In this document: positions 31,350-36,662 of the stretch, in pieces | How positions within the stretch are numbered: position 1 is the stretch's first letter | Layout of the letters: the number at the start of each line of letters is the position of its first letter | From: Octopus bimaculoides | Taxonomy: Eukaryota | DNA: 36,662 nucleotides | Direction: 5' to 3' | NCBI RefSeq assembly: GCF_001194135.2 | Contig: NC_068991.1 | Span: 23,480,494-23,517,155, forward strand | Program-made: the position numbers and the translations under genes | The notes under the pieces: model-generated | The model's database searches: none | The model's input: only the letters and a program-made list of their open reading frames with translations | What the model was told of the DNA's origin: nothing

Positions 31350-31640
31350 TGGTGTTACCGTGTCTTGATATTGCATGGTTGTTGTAAAATGAATGTAATT
31401 GTCATACAAGCTGTGTCACTCATTTCCAATGTTCTATGAAAATATGTCTCGGCATGGGATGGGCGACAAGAAGGACATCTGGTGAAAGTAAGTCTTCTTC
31501 AATAAACTCTACCCAACCCTTGCAAGCATGGAAAAGTGGACATTAAAATGATGATGAAGATGACAACGATGATGACCAGGACCACGACAATGATGACAAC
31601 CACGATGACAATGGTGGTGTTGGTGGTGGTGAAGAAGAAA
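31300..31640 (+). mobile_element. Same SINE subfamily in plus orientation, with (TG)n spacer and (GAT)n tail
   Basis: gtcttgatattgcatggttg...gcatggaaaagtggacattaaaatgatgatg. Confidence 0.75.
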
Positions 31641-32151
31641 ATGATACACACTCACTCAAGATGCTGACTTGACCACTACACCATGTGTTTGAAAAACAAT
31701 TTAGTTGATCACGTGTCTATGCTAGCACCTACATGTACTTCATTACCATCATGAACTACCAACACCCCCTGTCATTATCATCATCATTGTTTTCATCAGT
31801 TGGCATAAGAAAAGAGAATTATTATTTTTCGGTTTTAAATTAGATAATTCAGAGAAGCCATCCACACTATCTACATAATTTTTACCTTTACTTAGTGTTT
31901 TGTTTCATCATTACTTCATCAAGCTCAAAGAAGACTGTGCTGATGAGGTAAGAATAAGGCTAAAACATGTTTGGAGTTATCTCTGAAACTTATTGTAAAA
32001 AAAATTAAAACAGTACTGTTCATTGATATTATTTATATTTTGTCATTTTTTTTTTTTTTTCCAGTATTTTCTGTATTAGATATGTTAACAGTAACTTACC
32101 TGTGTATGTATGGCTTAAGTATCCACTTTTCCATTTTAATTTACTTTAAAG

Positions 32152-32209
32152 GGCAATTCAACAAGTTTTTGAATTCCACATTATGAAGCATAGAGGCAAG
32201 CTTGATGAA
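32152..32209 (+). CDS. SPATA7: SPATA7-like coding exon
   Basis: Acceptor atttactttaaag, then (R)AIQQVFEFHIMKHRGKLDE, then donor gtaagt. 58 nt, phase 2-0. Human: FLERLFERHIKQNKHLEE. Confidence 0.85.
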
Positions 32210-32217
32210 GTAAGTAC

Positions 32218-32570
32218 TATCGTCATCAGTATCATTATTTAACATCCATTTTTCCATGCTTGCATGGATCAGGCAGAATTTCTAAGGCTGGATGCCCTTC
32301 TTGTTGCCAACCCTCACCTCTTTCCCCCCAATGACTAGACAAGTATTCACCAAAAATTGGAAACAAACAACCCTGCTTCTATGACAGTGATACTTGTTTA
32401 CAACTATCACATGATGTCAAGACAAGGAAACACACACATTCATATACAATAAGCTTCATATAGTTTCCATCTAATTCATTCATTCACAAGCTATTGGTTG
32501 ATCCAGAGCTGTAGTAGGCAGCCACTTGCCCGAGATGTGGCACAGTGGCCCTGAATCCAAAACACATACA
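32218..32570 (-). mobile_element. Same SINE subfamily in minus orientation, beginning about 8 nt after the exon donor
   Basis: catcagtatcattatttaacatccatttttccatgc...gatgcccttc...cacttgcccgagatgtggcacagtgg. Confidence 0.75.
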
Positions 32571-32581
32571 TACATAGATGT

Positions 32582-32626
<45 letters not shown>

Positions 32627-32905
32627 GAGTGTGAGGAATATTTGAGGACCCATTTGGTAATTTGATAAAACAACTCTAATCTAGCTAAAGTCAAATATAT
32701 TTTAATAAAAAATGTTTGCACGTGTTCTTCATGAGCTTTGTTAATAAGATTATTCTATGAATCTGCTTTCAGTTTCATTAGATATTGACTAGACAGACAT
32801 AATCTTTACATCTTAACTAGATCGCTGTGACCTGTAGATATCAATTATATAAAAACCTGTCATTAAATATAACTGGAGGTTGGATGGCTATTTCAGCATA
32901 CTCAT

Positions 32906-33116
32906 TTAACCATTCAAAGCAGCCATATCTGACCAAAATAGTCTACCTGTTTTATCTTCAAATCAGCTTGATCTAGCCTCTTACATGTACCCTACAATGT
33001 CATTCTAAAAATAAACAATCACCTCATTGAAATGAGATAAGTACATGATAAATTCAAAACAATGTGAATAAATAAGCATTACATTTGACAGAGTAGTCTG
33101 AATGCTAAAGAGTTAA
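32906..33116. mobile_element. piggyBac-like MITE (family P1)
   Basis: TTAA at both ends; ctacaatgtcattct.aaaataaacaatcac...ctgaatgctaaag.gttaa shared with 1071-1300. Confidence 0.7.
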
Positions 33117-33182
33117 GGTTTAAATGCTGTGTTGATAATGATGTTTTGCTAATTGTAACTCCTTGAAATATTTGTCTTTCAG

Positions 33183-34157
33183 GAGAAAATGAGGAGAATG
33201 CTAATGAATTTTCTTCAGGATATTGGTATTAAGCCTGAAAGGGATGCTACATTTAATGGAAATACATCTACTTCAAATGAACTGAACAATTTTCCTAGCT
33301 ATTCTGGTCTTAATTTATCTGAAAATCTCTCCAAAAGTATATCTTTGATTAATAAATCAGAAGAATGCCATCAGAAGAACTTGGAAAAATTGATGGCATC
33401 CATGTCAGATTTTAATGTTAGCGAAACGGAAGAAGAAAATTTAGTGAAAGAAAATCCTCAGCCTGAAGTATCTCTTGCTAGAAAACAGAGACATCAGTCT
33501 TCGCATTCCAAACAAAGAAATGATATAAGTATAGTGATTGCAAACCACACGGATGAAGATACAGAAGTAAACAAGTTCACTTGTGATGAAAAACAAATAT
33601 CTGATCCAAATGGTGATAAGATAAACTTTACAAAAGATTGTGATAACAAACAGAACAATAAACCTGTACCACGACCTCGACGAAAGAACTCCTCACCGAA
33701 TGTATTGCAAGAATCAGCACATGTGAAAGTCATGACATCCATTGTGAAAACTTTAGATCCTGATATATTTTGTGAAAAAGCAGCTGGAGATAGTATAGTT
33801 TCAAAGGATTCATTTCAAGAAGATACAGCACCAGTAGACATTTCTTTGAAACCTGCGAATTATGTTTCAGAAATGAAGACATCAGAACCAGTTAAAACTA
33901 CAAACCATTTGACCATGTCCAATAATAGTTCAAACATGATGAACTTGGCTTCTGACAAATCTGATAGGAAATCACAATTAGAGCCAAATTCTGTCTGTTC
34001 AGAGTCTTCACCTAATCATGAACCCACAGCAAACCCCTCCCAAATTAACCAGTCTCCAGATTCACCAGTTAACAACCAGTCTGATAATCAAGTTGATGAA
34101 CAGAATGATTATGATGAAGATAACTTTGATAGTGTTGACAGTGATAGTGATTTCTAA
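33183..34157 (+). CDS. SPATA7: SPATA7-like terminal coding exon (acidic, low-complexity tail)
   Basis: Acceptor tatttgtctttcag, then EKMRRMLMNFLQDIG (human EKMRHLLHVLKVDLG). 975-nt open frame ending at TAA 34155-34157. Confidence 0.9.
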   Translation, partial: EKMRRMLMNFLQDIGIKPERDATFNGNTSTSNELNNFPSYSGLNLSENLSKSISLINKSEECHQKNLEKLMASMSDFNVSETEEENLVKENPQPEVSLARKQRHQSSHSKQRNDISIVIANHTDEDTEVNKFTCDEKQISDPNGDKINFTKDCDNKQNNKPVPRPRRKNSSPNVLQESAHVKVMTSIVKTLDPDIFCEKAAGDSIVSKDSFQEDTAPVDISLKPANYVSEMKTSEPVKTTNHLTMSNNSSNMMNLASDKSDRKSQLEPNSVCSESSPNHEPTANPSQINQSPDSPVNNQSDNQVDEQNDYDEDNFDSVDSDSDF

Positions 34158-34579
34158 ACTGTATATGATTGTGATACCTGATATACTTTTTTACTGACTC
34201 CACTCATTGAACTGTGGCCAAGCTGGACAACTGCCTTTGAGGGTAGAGTTGATTATAACTGCTTAGTATTTGTACACTGGATATTTATTTTATTGTCATC
34301 AGAATGAGGGAAAGTAAAATTGACCTGGGTACAGTTTGAACACAGAACTTAAATGGACATAATCAAATACCACAAGGTATTTTTCTCTCTAAGTGTGATA
34401 ATTTTTGTTATTTAGTGTACCACTATAGTAATATATTGTATTTTGAGTGTAACAAGAAATTCTCCAATTTTTCCATCAGATGTTTTCCAAATATGTTGGG
34501 ATGGGTTGACAATGTCAAAATCTAAAATTAACTTCTTGAATGTGATATTATCTGGAATTGTCAGTTACTATTACCTCAT

Positions 34580-34585
34580 AATAAA
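34580..34585 (+). terminator. Candidate polyadenylation signal of SPATA7-like gene
   Basis: AATAAA about 420 nt after the stop codon, followed by a GT/T-rich stretch (tgtacttgttattttttgttttgtt). Confidence 0.35.
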
Positions 34586-34734
34586 TAGTGTACTTGTTAT
34601 TTTTTGTTTTGTTATCCTTGCTACACACACGCGCACATGCACACACACACACACACAAATTCTTGACCAAGATAATATTTTAAAAATAGGTGATAATCTC
34701 TTTGTTAGAAATTCAAGCAAATATGTTTGTGTGT

Positions 34735-35553
34735 CATCATCATCATCATTTAATGTCCATTTTTCATGCCTGAATGGGTTGGACAGTTTGACAGGAGCTA
34801 CCCAGGCTCCAAGTCTGTTTTGGCATGGTTTCTATGACTGGATGTCCTTCCTAATGCCAACCACTTTACAGAGTGTTCTGGGTTCTTTTACACAGCACTG
34901 GCACAGGTGCTTTTATGTGACACAGACATGGTTGCTTTTTACATAGCATCAGCATCCATGAGCCTGCATGATTAGGAACACTCAGTTAAAGAGGGGACGT
35001 ACCTGTATGCAAGGACAACCATATATTTACTTAGCTTAACATGTCTTCTCAAGCACAGCAAACCAGAAGTCTCCATCCCCTGTCGTCCCCTCTGTGAGGC
35101 CCAATATCTGAAGATCCTTTCTTACTACTACATCCTACATCTTCCTGGGTCTACCCCTTCCACACGTTCTCGCCACAATTAGAGCTCGGCACTTTTGATG
35201 CAACTGTCTTCATTTGTATCCATTACATGACCATACCACTACAGTTTACTCTCTTGCACATTACACCTGATGCCTCACATACCCAGTTTTTCTCTCAAAC
35301 ATGTACACTGACATTACCCATCCAGTGGAGCATACTGGCTTTATTTCTTTCAAGCCTTTGCATGTCCTCAGCAGTCACAGCACATGTTTCATTGCCATGT
35401 AGCATGGCTGTTCATACACAGGCATCATACAATCTGTCTTTCACTCTGAGGGAGAGGCCCTTCATTGCTAACAGTGGTAGTAACTCTCTGAACTTTGCCC
35501 AGCCTATTCTTATTCTAGTGATTATGCTTTCAGAACAACTTCCACCACAATAT
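34735..35553 (-). mobile_element. RTE-clade LINE 3' fragment whose 3' UTR matches the family A short elements
   Basis: Minus strand reads RIRIGWAKFRELLPLL...LYDACV*TAMLHGNETCAV...GRGRPRKM*DVVVRKDLQILGL...WFAVLEKT. Ends cattaaatgatgatgatg. Confidence 0.88.
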
Positions 35554-36094
35554 CCCACCACTTCTGCTTATGTTATTTTTGGTCCTCCTCTTCCACAGTC
35601 TCCTTCCATCTTGGACAAGTTTCTTCAATGATAACCTTGGATCAATCAAAGCCTTTTGAGTGAAGTTTATTACACAGAATCTGTTGGAAGATACCATTCC
35701 AGTTGTTGGGTTGTAGATTTAATCTGTCATCCACCTTAATTCCACTGCCTGGCCCTTGGTTGCCTTTAATGTAATCCATTCACATACAAACACAGACGCA
35801 TGCGCATATAAGGATACACATCATAGAAGAAGAGAATGGAATAAACAGACAAGAACACACAAGAAGACAGAAAGTGTTGCTGAGGAGATCACAGATGTGT
35901 GACGAAAGATTTCCAGACAATGGACATGAGTTAGAATAAGAACGGTAATAAACAAGTGAAGAACGAATATATAGTGTGTGTGTGTTTATTTAGCAAAAAA
36001 AATGACCATCCAAAAATACAACACTATCTGTTTCAACACACAACTTCACATCAGGAATCTTGCAACACAAATTCATAAACATATATATAGATAT

Positions 36095-36240
36095 ATATGT
36101 ACGACAGGCATCTTTCAGTTTCCATCTACCCCCGAGACTACAGTAGAAGATATTTGCCCAAGATGCCATGCAGTGGGACTGTACCTGGGAACAATGTGGT
36201 TGGGAAGCAAACTTCTTACCACACAGCAGCACCTGTGCCC
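36095..36240 (-). mobile_element. SINE family 1, 5' half
   Basis: cagtttccatctacc...tttgcccaagatgccatgcagtgggact...cttaccacacagc. Confidence 0.85.
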
Positions 36241-36584
36241 ATAAATGTGCGTGTGTGTGTGTGTGTGAGCACGTGCGCATGCACCTCATATGTGCGTGTG
36301 TTTGTGTGTGTGCTATGTACCTAGTGGTTTCAATTCCTAGACTGAGCAGTACATTGTGATTTTGAAAAAAACACTTCATTTCACGTTGCTCTGTGATGAT
36401 TTTGACATTTGACATGTATCACACTTGTGCACCTGTGCTGGCAATGTCAGTTTGATGGAGGGAATGATCTTATGGGAATACATACATTTGATTACTATAA
36501 ACAAGTCATCTATGTGGTTGTTCAATAAAAAAAAAAGCAGAATCTACATCTTTTATCTAATGATGGGAGAGTTCATAATGTTTA

Positions 36585-36609
36585 TATATATGTATCTATG
36601 TATGTATAG

Positions 36610-36662
<53 letters not shown>
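36585..36662. repeat. (TA)n microsatellite
   Basis: Directly visible. Confidence 0.98.

Noticed and set aside
35227-35631. 134-aa plus-strand ORF after SPATA7
   Set aside because: It is the antisense frame of the RTE LINE fragment.

Overview
Eukaryotic, AT-rich, intron- and repeat-dense genomic window. Its SINE and microsatellite landscape resembles what I recall of octopus (coleoid cephalopod) assemblies; this is an inference, not a search result. Two protein-coding genes lie head-to-head. (1) The 5' part of COG2 is on the minus strand: five coding exons at 12240-12160, 8291-8130, 6848-6783, 2533-2453 and 994-897, all GT-AG and phase-consistent, continuing off the left edge. (2) A complete SPATA7-like gene is on the plus strand: eight coding exons at 17379-17418, 20560-20649, 21795-21842, 22950-23086, 25277-26127, 30572-30646, 32152-32209 and 33183-34157, giving 2274 nt and 757 aa. 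It probably has a non-coding first exon ending at 13743. Introns hold decayed Tc1/mariner elements (DD34D and DD37D types), RTE and CR1-like LINE fragments, hAT- and piggyBac-like MITEs, at least five modular SINE families, mini/microsatellites and three N gaps. No CRISPR, rRNA or intact tRNA gene is seen. I found no unambiguous new biological system. The best leads are a degenerate copy of the SPATA7 core motif inside its own intron 2, next to a ~160-nt hairpin; a phase-matched candidate mutually exclusive exon (31896-31947); a 728-bp TIR element carrying a SAP-SWIM ORF; and closely spaced inverted SINE pairs that could be dsRNA/ADAR substrates. All alignments were done by eye or from recalled orthologue sequences, and TE boundaries are approximate unless TIR/TSD coordinates are given.
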